From positions 255,045 to 319,044 of the forward strand of contig JAPLLX010000004.1 in NCBI GenBank assembly GCA_026387335.1: a stretch of 64,000 nucleotides of DNA. The letters are read 5' to 3'. Within the stretch, counting starts at the first letter, position 1. Every line of letters starts with the position of its first letter. A program made the position numbers and the translations under genes. The notes beneath the pieces were generated by a model. The model ran no database searches. It was given only the letters and a program-made list of their open reading frames with translations, and was not told the DNA's origin. Below, piece after piece: positions 9,606-21,433 of the stretch. The DNA comes from Candidatus Omnitrophota bacterium. GTDB lineage: Bacteria > Omnitrophota > Gorgyraeia > Gygaellales > Profunditerraquicolaceae.

Positions 9606-9815
9606 TTATTCTTTTCCTTTTATTTTTTTAGCTTCGATCTTGCCAGCGGAAATTTCATGCAAGGCAACAGTAGAAGGCTTAATATTCGCTTTGTCGTCTA
9701 CAAGTTTGGGCTGTCCTTCGGCTATTTCTAATGCCCTCTTGGCCGCTAAATTTACCAGCTTATAAATTGATTTTTCGCTTTTATCCAGCATCTTCTCTCT
9801 TTCCATGTATCCCAT
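9606..9815 (-). CDS. rpoZ: DNA-directed RNA polymerase subunit omega
   Basis: SIYKLVNLAAKRALEI core; 69 aa; gmk-rpoZ adjacency. Confidence 0.85.
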   Translation of the reverse strand: MGYMEREKMLDKSEKSIYKLVNLAAKRALEIAEGQPKLVDDKANIKPSTVALHEISAGKIEAKKIKGKE

Positions 9816-9818
9816 TCC

Positions 9819-10433
9819 TTATCCCCCCGCTATTGTCTTAAAACCAATTTCCTTTAATATAATCTCCTTTAGCCTCCCTGCGCTTTGCGACAAATTTTCA
9901 TTTTTCAAAACGTAATCGTATCTACGGGAATTTCTCAGCTCATCCCGGGCAAGTTTAATCCTCTTATTTACTTCCTCCTGTTTGGTCTTAGAACAACGGC
10001 CCTCTATCCTCTTGCGCAGCTCTTTTATAGACGGAGGAATAACGAATATCGTTACGGCGCTGTGCGGATATAGCTTCTTTAGTTTAAGCGCGCCTTTCAA
10101 GTCCAGGCAAAGAGCAAGATGCTTACCCTCTTTTAACCTCGCCTCCAGAAAGTCTTTTTTAGTGCCGTAATAATAACCTAAATACCGGGTCCATTCAAGG
10201 ATTTTTTTACCTTTATTCAGACGGTGGAAATCTTGCGGCTTAATAAAAAAATAGTCTTTGGAATGACGTTCCCCTGAACGCTTGGCCCGGGTAGTTACGG
10301 ATACGGATTTAGCCAGCTTGCCCTTTAACAACCGGTTAGCCAGGAGCCGTTTAAGCAGCGTGGTCTTCCCTGACCCTGAAGGCCCGGAAATAATAAAGAT
10401 TAAACCCCGTTTTTTATTCGCGTTGTCTTTCAC
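9819..10433 (-). CDS. gmk: guanylate kinase
   Basis: P-loop ISGPSGSGKTTL, SVSVTTRAKRSGE; 204 aa. Confidence 0.9.
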   Translation of the reverse strand: MKDNANKKRGLIFIISGPSGSGKTTLLKRLLANRLLKGKLAKSVSVTTRAKRSGERHSKDYFFIKPQDFHRLNKGKKILEWTRYLGYYYGTKKDFLEARLKEGKHLALCLDLKGALKLKKLYPHSAVTIFVIPPSIKELRKRIEGRCSKTKQEEVNKRIKLARDELRNSRRYDYVLKNENLSQSAGRLKEIILKEIGFKTIAGG

Positions 10434-11260
10434 TACTCTATATTCTGCGCCTGTTCGCGGATTTTCTCAATCAAACTTTTCATTTTCAGGACCTGCGCGG
10501 ATACGCGGATATCAAAGGTCTTGGCAGCCAAAGTATTCGCCTCCCTCTGCATCTCCTGCGCGATAAAATCCAGCTCTTTTCCGACTGAGCCGCCTAGCGA
10601 AAGCTTGTTTTTAAAATTCCGGATATGAAAAACCAGCCTATCTATCTCTTCAGTCGTATCTGTCTCTTTTATAAAATTAGCCCGCTCTTCATCGCAGGTA
10701 AGCGCTTTTAGTTTCTCCTTTAGGGCAGTTTTCAGCCGCAGCTTGATGCCTACCAGCGTTTCTTTGAGTTCATCCGCTTGTTTGCGTAAATAACCCTGCA
10801 GGGCCCTTCCTTCTTTTAGCCGCGTCTTGGCTAAATTATTCACCGCTTCCTCTACGGCTATTTTTAATTTCGGCCAGATGCTTTCCGGAGAAACCCGCTC
10901 TTCCTCCAGGGCCAACACGCCGGGCAAATGGATCAGGGTATTGATATTTAACCTCTCTTCGATTCTAAATTCTTTCTTGATGCCGTCTATCTTCGCCAAA
11001 TATTTCTTCAACAAGGCTTTGTTAATAAAAACATCCCCCGCTCTCCTGCTGCTTATATTCAGGCTGCAGGTAACCCTGCCCCTTTTAATCCTGGACTCAA
11101 CAGCCTTTTTAATCCTCTCTTCCAGCGATAATGATCCCTCGGGTAGATGCAATAATATCTCCAGGAACTTATGGTTGGTGCTTCTTAATTCCACCGATAC
11201 TTTACCCAACGCTGGAATTATTGTTTCGTAACTTCCAAAACCGGTCATACTTTGAATCAT
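10433..11260 (-). CDS. yicC: YicC family stress-induced protein
   Basis: N-terminal MTGFGSYE..., 275 aa, conserved yicC-gmk-rpoZ neighbourhood. Confidence 0.8.
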   Translation of the reverse strand: MIQSMTGFGSYETIIPALGKVSVELRSTNHKFLEILLHLPEGSLSLEERIKKAVESRIKRGRVTCSLNISSRRAGDVFINKALLKKYLAKIDGIKKEFRIEERLNINTLIHLPGVLALEEERVSPESIWPKLKIAVEEAVNNLAKTRLKEGRALQGYLRKQADELKETLVGIKLRLKTALKEKLKALTCDEERANFIKETDTTEEIDRLVFHIRNFKNKLSLGGSVGKELDFIAQEMQREANTLAAKTFDIRVSAQVLKMKSLIEKIREQAQNIE

Positions 11261-11277
11261 TTTAATTATCCTCTTTT

Positions 11278-11781
11278 TTAAGCCCAGGTTTTCACTTTGT
11301 GTTCTTTGTATAAGAGTTCTTTCTGGGGATACAGCTCCACGATTATCTCTCCCGGCTCAAACCAAAGTTTTATCTCCCTGTTCGCTTCAGGCTCGTTTGA
11401 AGACACGTGGATAACATTTTCATAAACCCCCGACGTAGTGATGCGGCCATAAGATCCGCGTATGGAAGTAGGCTCTGCCTCTTCGGGATTAGTAGCACCG
11501 GCCAGCTCCCGGCATTTTTTTATCGCGTCCTCTCCCCAATAAACCAAAGCCAGCACCTTTTTCCGGTCATGGATTTCGCCTTGCAGGTATTTAACCAGCT
11601 CATTAAAAAAAGGCTTCTCTTTCAAATGCTTGTAATGCTCTTGGGCTAATTCCCGGGAAACGCGGACAATTTTAGCCGCGACAATTTCCAGCTTGGTCTC
11701 GGATAAACGGGTTAAAATATTCCCGGTCAGAGATTTTATAAGCCCGTCGGGTTTAATAAGAATTAATACTGCCTGCTCCAT
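11278..11781 (-). CDS. ndk: nucleoside diphosphate kinase
   Basis: LILIKPDG, GATNPEEAEPTSIRGSYG, active-site His in NVIHVSS, C-terminal REIKLWF. Confidence 0.75.
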   Translation of the reverse strand: MEQAVLILIKPDGLIKSLTGNILTRLSETKLEIVAAKIVRVSRELAQEHYKHLKEKPFFNELVKYLQGEIHDRKKVLALVYWGEDAIKKCRELAGATNPEEAEPTSIRGSYGRITTSGVYENVIHVSSNEPEANREIKLWFEPGEIIVELYPQKELLYKEHKVKTWA

Positions 11782-12629
11782 TATTTGTTACCTCCTCTTA
11801 TGATTTTAGCGATTCTTTCTAAATCTTCCTGCGAATAAAATTCAATAAAAATGTGCCCCCGTTTTTTCATTTTGCTTATTCTCACCTTGGTGGACAAGGC
11901 ATGCTGCAATTCTTCCTCCAGAACTGCCAGGAACGGCTCGCGGCCGGAAGAAACCCTGCGCCTTAGCCCCTTAGGCCTATGCGTCTTAATTAAATTTTCC
12001 AGCTCCCTTACCGAAAGCCCTTTGGAAATTATCTCCTGAGTGAGCCTGCGCTGGGTGTTCGCGTCTTCTATTTCCAGAAGGGCCCGGCCATGCGCAAAAG
12101 AAATACGGCCCTTTTTTAACTCTTCCTGTATTTCGTGCGGAAGCTTAAGCAAGCGTAAAGTGTTGGCAATGGTTGTCCGAGCCTTACCCATCGCCTCACT
12201 TATTTTCTCCTGAGTCACTTGAAATTTATCTATCAGATGCTGATAGGCGTGCGCCTCTTCAATAGGGTTTAAACTCTCTCTTTGGATATTTTCTATTAAG
12301 GCGTATTCCAAGGCATCCCGGTCGTCAACATCTTTAACAATAAGTGGTATCTCTTTTAGCCCCAACAAGTTACAAGCACGTAACCTTCTCTCGCCGGCAA
12401 TTAATTCATAATTATCGCCTCTTCTCCTGACTAAAAGAGGCTGGATTACTCCTTTTTCCTTGATGGATTGAGCCAGCTCTGCAATATGCTCTTGGTTAAA
12501 CTCTTCCCGGGGCTGAAAAGGATTAGGTTTTATCTGATCAGATTGGACATAAAGTATCTCATTTTTAGCAGCTGCTTCTTTTTCTGGGATTAACGCGGTA
12601 ATGCCTTTACCTAAGGCTTTTCTCTCCAT
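11781..12629 (-). CDS. parB: chromosome partitioning protein ParB/Spo0J
   Basis: ParB box QPREEFNQEHIAELAQSIKEKGVIQPLLVRR, HTH LTQEKISEAMGKARTTIANTLRLLKL. Confidence 0.9.
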   Translation of the reverse strand: MERKALGKGITALIPEKEAAAKNEILYVQSDQIKPNPFQPREEFNQEHIAELAQSIKEKGVIQPLLVRRRGDNYELIAGERRLRACNLLGLKEIPLIVKDVDDRDALEYALIENIQRESLNPIEEAHAYQHLIDKFQVTQEKISEAMGKARTTIANTLRLLKLPHEIQEELKKGRISFAHGRALLEIEDANTQRRLTQEIISKGLSVRELENLIKTHRPKGLRRRVSSGREPFLAVLEEELQHALSTKVRISKMKKRGHIFIEFYSQEDLERIAKIIRGGNK

Positions 12630-13426
12630 TAAGACTCTCCTTTTGATTTAGCTGAATCCGGATCTAAGGGTAACCCCATAATCTCCCGGCATAATTCTTG
12701 ATATTTCTGCGCCCCCAATGAATCTTTATCGTAAAGGTAAATCGGCTTGCCAAAACTCGGCGCCTCGGTCAAGCGGATGTTGCGCGGAATTACGGTAGTA
12801 TAAACTTTATCTTTGAAATGCTTCCTCACTTCTTGGATGACTTCCTTAGTCAGATTCGTCCTAAAGTCAGCCATGGTTAAAAGAACGCCTTCAATAGTAA
12901 GCTGGGGATTAATATTATCTCTCACCAGCTTAATGGTGTTATTCAGTTGCGATAATCCTTCTAAGGCGTAATATTCGCACTGCACCGGTATAAGGACTGA
13001 ATCAGCCGCGCAGAGGCCATTAATCGTAAGCAGGCTCAGCGACGGCGGAGAATCAATAATGATGAAGTCAAATTCGGATTTGACTTTTTCCAACGCTTTT
13101 TTTAGCCGGTATTCTCTACCCAAAGAGCCAACAAGTTCCACCTCTGCTCCGGTAAGGTCCAAATTGGATGGCGCGATTAAAAGGTTTGGGATTGCGGTAG
13201 GTTGAAGAACATCTTTAATGTCCAATTCTTCCAGAAGAACATGATAAGTACTTTTTACAACATTATGTTTATTCAGGCCGCTGCCGCTAGTGGTATTTGC
13301 TTGGGGATCTAAATCTATAAGCATAACTCTCTTGCCGGCAACAGCAAGATATACAGCAATATTAATCGCCGAGGTAGTTTTACCTGTTCCACCCTTCTGA
13401 TTACAGATTGTAATTATCTTACCCAT
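12629..13426 (-). CDS. parA: chromosome partitioning ATPase ParA/Soj
   Basis: Deviant Walker A NQKGGTGKTT; 265 aa; start overlaps the parB stop. Confidence 0.9.
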   Translation of the reverse strand: MGKIITICNQKGGTGKTTSAINIAVYLAVAGKRVMLIDLDPQANTTSGSGLNKHNVVKSTYHVLLEELDIKDVLQPTAIPNLLIAPSNLDLTGAEVELVGSLGREYRLKKALEKVKSEFDFIIIDSPPSLSLLTINGLCAADSVLIPVQCEYYALEGLSQLNNTIKLVRDNINPQLTIEGVLLTMADFRTNLTKEVIQEVRKHFKDKVYTTVIPRNIRLTEAPSFGKPIYLYDKDSLGAQKYQELCREIMGLPLDPDSAKSKGES

Positions 13427-13529
13427 TGGTATTTATATAGTTACAAATTGTTGGACGCGGAACAATCCAATTTGAGATGTCTATTTTTGATTAATCTTAT
13501 TATCTTAAATTTGCTGAGATTGTCAAGCA

Positions 13530-13721
13530 TTATTTGTCTTTAATCACACTTACGCGCACCATAGCTGGCTTTGCGCCGGGCATACCAAAAAGCCCCTTCT
13601 CTTCATCAGTAAGAATCTCTATTTTTACTTTATTGCGGGGAAGTTGCAATTGGTGAAGGGCCTTCTTAATCGCCTCTTCTACAGTATTACCTTCTATCTC
13701 TATGCTTTTTCTGCCGGTCAT
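13530..13721 (-). CDS. Jag/KhpB N-terminal domain protein (Jag_N only, lacks KH and R3H domains)
   Basis: IEIEGNTVEEAIKKALHQLQLPRNKVKIEIL...GLFGMPGAKPAMVRV matches the Jag N-domain; located after yidC as in the canonical locus; 63 aa. Confidence 0.6.
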   Translation of the reverse strand: MTGRKSIEIEGNTVEEAIKKALHQLQLPRNKVKIEILTDEEKGLFGMPGAKPAMVRVSVIKDK

Positions 13722-15241
13722 TTTGCCCTATTCATCCGGAGTTGGAATAACAACATAAGAATACTATTAATAAGCCAGTATAAAACTAGGCCAGAAGGCA
13801 TACGATAAAAGATAAAACCAAACATAACCGGCATAATAATAAGCATCATCTTTTGCTGTTCTGCGGAAGCTCCGCCGGATGCTGCTGAAGAAATCTTCTG
13901 CTGGAAGAACATACCGATAGCCATTATTATGGGTAAAATATTCAATTCATTACCTAATACCGGTAAAGATACCGGCAAGGTGAACAAGCGATCTGGTTCG
14001 GATAAATCCTTAATCCAGAGGAACTTGGCTCCTCTTAAAGCTACAGAGCGCATCAGAGCATTATACAAAGCAAAGAATATGGGCATTTGCAATATTAAGG
14101 GTAAGCATCCCCCAAAAGGATTAACCTTATGCAGTTTATAAAGTTCCATTATTTCTTTATTCATTTTCTGCGGGTTATCCTTATATTGCTTCCTAATCGC
14201 CTCTACTTTTGGCTGAATAGCCTGCATTTCCTTCATCGAGCGCATTTGTTTCAAGGAAAGCGGGTAAAGCAGTAAATAGACCAAGATACTTAAGATGATT
14301 ATGGCTAAACCCCAATTATGAAATAGGCGATATAAGAATTCCAGCGCCTGTAAAAGTATTTGCGAAATAAAGTCAAATGTTCCAAAATTGATAATACCGG
14401 CCCAATTTGGATTAACCTGGTTTATTGCTTTTAAGTCTTGGGGTCCCAGGTAAATATGAAATAAATGTCCAATCTGAGCTCCAGGTTGCAAAGTCAGAGC
14501 ATCTGTGCTTAACCCGACTTCAGATTCGACATTGCCAAGTTTTTTAATAAAACCGGAATAAGAATTACTTTCCGGCTCAACAATCAGACAAAAATAACGG
14601 TCTCTTAAACCCATTACTTTTAACTTATCTGATTTGTATTCTTTGGCTGCGGGCTTATGAAAAGATTTTTCTGGCGCGGAGAAATAGATATCTTGATAAC
14701 GGAGTTGCTCATTCTTGCTCGATAAATCCATAATTCCCAGAATAAGGGGGGAGTCGATGACAATGGGAGAGGAAGAAATATTTTGAATTTTAATCTGTAA
14801 GTCTAAGGCATAATTAGAGTTAGAGAATAAAAAATTCTTGGTGACCTTCTTTGCGCCATTCTGAGCAACAAAAGTAATTTCATTCTGGTTACTATTTACT
14901 TTTACATACTTTAGACTTCCATCATCAACCAAAAATCCCAATTTAAGAGGGAAGGGCTCATCGCGTTCCATTTTGAAAACTACTTTATTAATGGCGGCGC
15001 GCTGCTCATTAAAAAAGATCTCGGTATTCTTACGGCTTAGCTGAAGTAATGCCTGTTTCGGTTCTTCAACAGGCAGCCCCGGATTAACAATTTCTTGTTT
15101 AACCTGAACAGGTTCTTTTTGTTCCGTATAATTTGATGTAACTACTTTCTTATCAACTACTTGTGTCTTGGACACCAGGGCGGACCAACTCAACAAGACT
15201 ACCAAAGAAATTCCTATCGCCAGCAATAAACGTTTTTCCAT
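13718..15241 (-). CDS. yidC: membrane protein insertase YidC
   Basis: Periplasmic domain followed by the conserved TM core (PLSLKQMRSMKEMQAIQPKVEAIRKQYKDNPQKMNKEIMELYKLHKVNP); 507 aa. Confidence 0.9.
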   Translation of the reverse strand: MEKRLLLAIGISLVVLLSWSALVSKTQVVDKKVVTSNYTEQKEPVQVKQEIVNPGLPVEEPKQALLQLSRKNTEIFFNEQRAAINKVVFKMERDEPFPLKLGFLVDDGSLKYVKVNSNQNEITFVAQNGAKKVTKNFLFSNSNYALDLQIKIQNISSSPIVIDSPLILGIMDLSSKNEQLRYQDIYFSAPEKSFHKPAAKEYKSDKLKVMGLRDRYFCLIVEPESNSYSGFIKKLGNVESEVGLSTDALTLQPGAQIGHLFHIYLGPQDLKAINQVNPNWAGIINFGTFDFISQILLQALEFLYRLFHNWGLAIIILSILVYLLLYPLSLKQMRSMKEMQAIQPKVEAIRKQYKDNPQKMNKEIMELYKLHKVNPFGGCLPLILQMPIFFALYNALMRSVALRGAKFLWIKDLSEPDRLFTLPVSLPVLGNELNILPIIMAIGMFFQQKISSAASGGASAEQQKMMLIIMPVMFGFIFYRMPSGLVLYWLINSILMLLFQLRMNRAK

Positions 15242-15243
15242 AA

Positions 15244-15459
15244 TTACTCCAATGGATCATATCCGGATCTGCCGGAAAAAGGGTGACAGGCTAATAATCT
15301 CCTAGACCCCTTAAATGATCCTCTCCAAAATCCGTATTTTAAAATTGCCTGCCGGGTATATTCCGAACAGGAGGGACTGAAGCGGCAAGAGGCAGGTAAA
15401 TAGCCTCTTAAATACACCTGATAGGCCTTAATCAGGCCAAGTGACACCCGGGTTAACAT
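15244..15459 (-). CDS. yidD: membrane protein insertion efficiency factor YidD
   Basis: YQVYLRGYLPASCRFSPSCSEYTRQAILKYGFWRGSFKGSRRLLACHPF is a YidD signature; start overlaps the rpmH stop by 1 nt. Confidence 0.85.
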   Translation of the reverse strand: MLTRVSLGLIKAYQVYLRGYLPASCRFSPSCSEYTRQAILKYGFWRGSFKGSRRLLACHPFSGRSGYDPLE

Positions 15460-15596
15460 TAAATAGTAAGCCTTTTTCTGCCTTTTTGCCGGCGCCTGGC
15501 CAATAGCTTACGGCCGTTCTTAGTAGCCATCTTACTGCGAAACCCATGGCGTCTTTTCCCGACAATATTTGTGGGGGTCTTAAGATTTTTCTTCAT
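15459..15596 (-). CDS. rpmH: 50S ribosomal protein L34
   Basis: Own translation: [45 protein letters not shown] (45 aa), with a GGAGTAATA SD. Below the ORF-track size cutoff. Confidence 0.85.
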   Translation of the reverse strand: MKKNLKTPTNIVGKRRHGFRSKMATKNGRKLLARRRQKGRKRLTI

Positions 15597-15883
15597 TATA
15601 TTACTCCTTAAACAAGCGCAAAACGCCAGAGGCAACGCTTGTTTACTCCGTGCTATGCACGGAGCTATTGTTATCTAGAATGGTTTTTAATTATAACATA
15701 AACGCTTTTGCCGTCAACCAGTAATTTGGCCGGCCAGGAGAATTGCGCACATTTATTCAGGAGTTATCCCCAATTCCGTCGGGAAAACCATCCCCGGGAT
15801 TAACGGAAACGCAACGCCCGGCTGTAATTTTTTTATGGCATTATTTTTTGCCCGTACTTTCTTTTGGGCGATCTTCTTTCTTA

Positions 15884-15961
15884 TTGACGCGCTGACAAAT
15901 TATTGTATAATGATTGACGTTTATCTTTTTTACTTGCAAGTTGTTTCGCTTCTGCTATAAT
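15884..15961 (+). promoter_or_regulatory. two tandem sigma70-type promoters upstream of dnaA (TTGACG-16-TATAAT at 15884-15911; TTGCAA-16-TATAAT at 15934-15961), in the putative oriC region
   Basis: Near-consensus -35/-10 hexamers with 16-nt spacers, seen directly, about 150 nt upstream of the dnaA ATG. Confidence 0.6.
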
Positions 15962-16108
15962 TATTGGACCGGAGAAGGAAACGGCCATAGAGAAGACCTG
16001 TTGGTAAGGGAATTTTAGGCAAAAATTTAGCCTAAGCTATATCCGCAAAGATGAATTTAGTTTCCACAGATTTATTCAAGGTGTTAATAAACTGTTAATA
16101 ACGAGAAA

Positions 16109-17449
16109 ATGGCTGAAATCACTCAAGCATGGAAACAGGTTCAGGACCAGATTCAAGAAGCCCTTGGCTTGACTATCTTTGAAACTTGGATTTTACCACT
16201 TAAGGCAATATCTCTGAACCAGGACTTATTGGTTTTAGAGGCGCCGGATACTTTCTTTAGGGACTGGGTGAAGAAAAATTACAGCTCAATCATTGAGAAC
16301 GCCTTTAGCGCGGCGGGGTTGGGAAAAATTAAAGTGGAGGTAGAAGCCAGTAGCGCGGTGAGCGCTGAACCCGACCGGGAACTACCGGCTAAAACCCTAA
16401 CCCAGGCTACCCGCGATAATCAGTACGGTTTAAACTTAAACAGCCGCTACACGTTTGACAATTTTGTTATCGGGCCTTCTAACCGGCATGCCCACGCCTA
16501 CTCTATAGCCGTGGCGGATTCTCTGGCCAAAACCTATAATCCCTTATTTATCTACGGCGGGGTGGGGTTAGGCAAAACTCATTTAATCCAGGCCATCTGC
16601 CATCAAATAAAAAATAAACTGGGAGACAGTTTAAAAATTGCCTACCTGCCATCGGAACAATTTACCAATGAGCTTATTAGCGCCATACAGCGCCACTCCA
16701 CAGCGGCTTTCCGGCAAAAATACCGGAACACCGACGTCCTAGTTATTGATGATGTGCATTTTTTTGGCGGGAAAGATTCTACCCAGGAAGAATTCTTTAA
16801 TACCTTTAACGTGTTATATGACGCGCACAAGCAAATAATTTTATCGTCGGATAGGCCGCCCAAGGAAATCGCGGATTTACAGGACCGGCTGGTTTCGCGT
16901 TTTGGCTGGGGGCTGACTACAGATATACAACCTCCGGACCTGGAAACGCGAGTGGCGATATTAAAGAAAAAAATTGAGCGCGAGCCGGTCTCTGTACCCG
17001 ACGACGTTATATTTTTTATTGCCCAGTTAATTAAAACTAATATCCGGGAGCTGGAAGGCGCTTTAGTCAGGACCATGGCTTATTCTTTAATGGAAGAAAA
17101 ACCCATAACTCTGAATTTAACCAAAGAGGTCCTGAAAGACCTCTTGAAAGAACCGAAGAAATTAATAACCGTGGATTTTATTCAACGCTGCGTTGCCGAA
17201 GACTTCGGTATTGCTTTGGCAGAACTCAAAGCCAAAAAAAGAAATAAGACAATAGTCTTACCTCGGCAAATAGCTATGTATTTAAGCAGGGAGTTAACGG
17301 ATCTATCCTTGCCTGAGATTGGCCAGTTTTTTGGCGGGAAAGACCACACAACAGTCTTGCATTCTTATAATAAAATAAAAGGGGAGTTGGGGGAGAACCC
17401 ATCCTTACAGGAAAAGGTAGAACGTATTATACAAATAGTCAAACATTAA
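16109..17449 (+). CDS. dnaA: chromosomal replication initiator DnaA
   Basis: AAA+ motifs [25 protein letters not shown]-terminal DNA-binding domain; 446 aa. Confidence 0.95.
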   Translation: MAEITQAWKQVQDQIQEALGLTIFETWILPLKAISLNQDLLVLEAPDTFFRDWVKKNYSSIIENAFSAAGLGKIKVEVEASSAVSAEPDRELPAKTLTQATRDNQYGLNLNSRYTFDNFVIGPSNRHAHAYSIAVADSLAKTYNPLFIYGGVGLGKTHLIQAICHQIKNKLGDSLKIAYLPSEQFTNELISAIQRHSTAAFRQKYRNTDVLVIDDVHFFGGKDSTQEEFFNTFNVLYDAHKQIILSSDRPPKEIADLQDRLVSRFGWGLTTDIQPPDLETRVAILKKKIEREPVSVPDDVIFFIAQLIKTNIRELEGALVRTMAYSLMEEKPITLNLTKEVLKDLLKEPKKLITVDFIQRCVAEDFGIALAELKAKKRNKTIVLPRQIAMYLSRELTDLSLPEIGQFFGGKDHTTVLHSYNKIKGELGENPSLQEKVERIIQIVKH

Positions 17450-17593
17450 ACCCCCAGGTTATTCAAGGTTATTTTTTGTTTTAGTTATGTTGAGTTGGAG
17501 TAGGTTGGGGGGTTTTGAACAGGTTGGTAAGTATCTTATTACTACTGCTTTTTAAGTATTATATTAAATAATGAATAGTAAGGAGAAAGAAAA

Positions 17594-18685
17594 ATGAAAC
17601 TTAAGGTGGATAAAAGTATTTTATTGGGAGGGATACAAACCGTACAAAACGTAATCATAACTAAAGCTACCTTGCCCATATTATCCAATATTTTAATTGA
17701 GGCTCAAAGTAGTAGTTTAAGGCTTACAGCTACGGATTTAGATATTGGGATAAGCTGTGTAATACCTGTTGATGTCCAGGAACAGGGGGCGATCACTCTT
17801 CCAGCTAAAAGGTTTAGTGATATTATTAAAGAATTACCCGCGGATAGCGTTACTATAACCACTAAAAAAAATAACCAGGTTAATATTGAAACCGACTTAT
17901 GCCAGTTTAAAATTATGGGGTTAGCTAAAGAAGAGTTTCCTAAGTTGCCGGAATTTAAAGATAAAGAGGTTATCAAACTAGATCAGGCATTATTAAAAGG
18001 GGCCCTAACCCTGACTTCCTTTTCCGTCTCTATTGATGAATCGCGCTATATTTTAAACGGGATACTTTTTAAGGTCAATAAAAACAATCTGACCCTGGTG
18101 GCTACCGACGGTAAGAGGTTAGCGATTATGGAAAAGAAGTTAAACTCTAACCCGGAAAGAGATATTAGTATAATTGTGCCGGTGAAAACCATCCATGAAT
18201 TAAACCGGAATTTAAAAGAAAGCGGAGAGGTGTCTTTGGTGTTGGGAAGTAATCAGGTGTTGTTTGACTTAGGTAGCGTGATAGTGATTTCGCGCTTAAT
18301 CGAGGGCGAATTTCCGGACTACAAACAAGTGATTCCTGTAGCATCTGAAAATAAGGTGCGCCTGAATAAAGAGCAGTTTTTATTAGCGGTCAAAAGAGCG
18401 GCCTTATTATCTACGCCGGATTATCAAGCGGTCAAGTTTGAAGTTTTTAAGAATAAATTAGTGGTTTCTAAGTCTACTCCCGATGTAGGAGAATCGCGGG
18501 AAGAATTAGCGGTTGTCTATCAAGGGAAAGAGTTGGCCATAGGTTTTAATCCCTCTTATTTAATAGATGTTTTAAAAAACTTAAACGTTGAGGAGATAGA
18601 CCTGGAATTGACTGACGCGGAAAAACCCGGGGTTATCCGGATTAACGGATATGTTTATATTGTGTTGCCTATGCGCCTGAGTTAA
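17594..18685 (+). CDS. dnaN: DNA polymerase III beta sliding clamp
   Basis: 363 aa, three-domain clamp, dnaA-dnaN synteny. Confidence 0.93.
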   Translation: MKLKVDKSILLGGIQTVQNVIITKATLPILSNILIEAQSSSLRLTATDLDIGISCVIPVDVQEQGAITLPAKRFSDIIKELPADSVTITTKKNNQVNIETDLCQFKIMGLAKEEFPKLPEFKDKEVIKLDQALLKGALTLTSFSVSIDESRYILNGILFKVNKNNLTLVATDGKRLAIMEKKLNSNPERDISIIVPVKTIHELNRNLKESGEVSLVLGSNQVLFDLGSVIVISRLIEGEFPDYKQVIPVASENKVRLNKEQFLLAVKRAALLSTPDYQAVKFEVFKNKLVVSKSTPDVGESREELAVVYQGKELAIGFNPSYLIDVLKNLNVEEIDLELTDAEKPGVIRINGYVYIVLPMRLS

Positions 18686-18697
18686 CGCGCTCATTTA

Positions 18698-21432
<2,735 letters not shown>

Positions 21433-21433
21433 T

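Noticed and set aside
13449-13464. parS-like 16-mer TGTTGGACGCGGAACA upstream of parA
   Set aside because: It has about five mismatches to the TGTTTCACGTGAAACA consensus and is not palindromic. It is probably coincidental.
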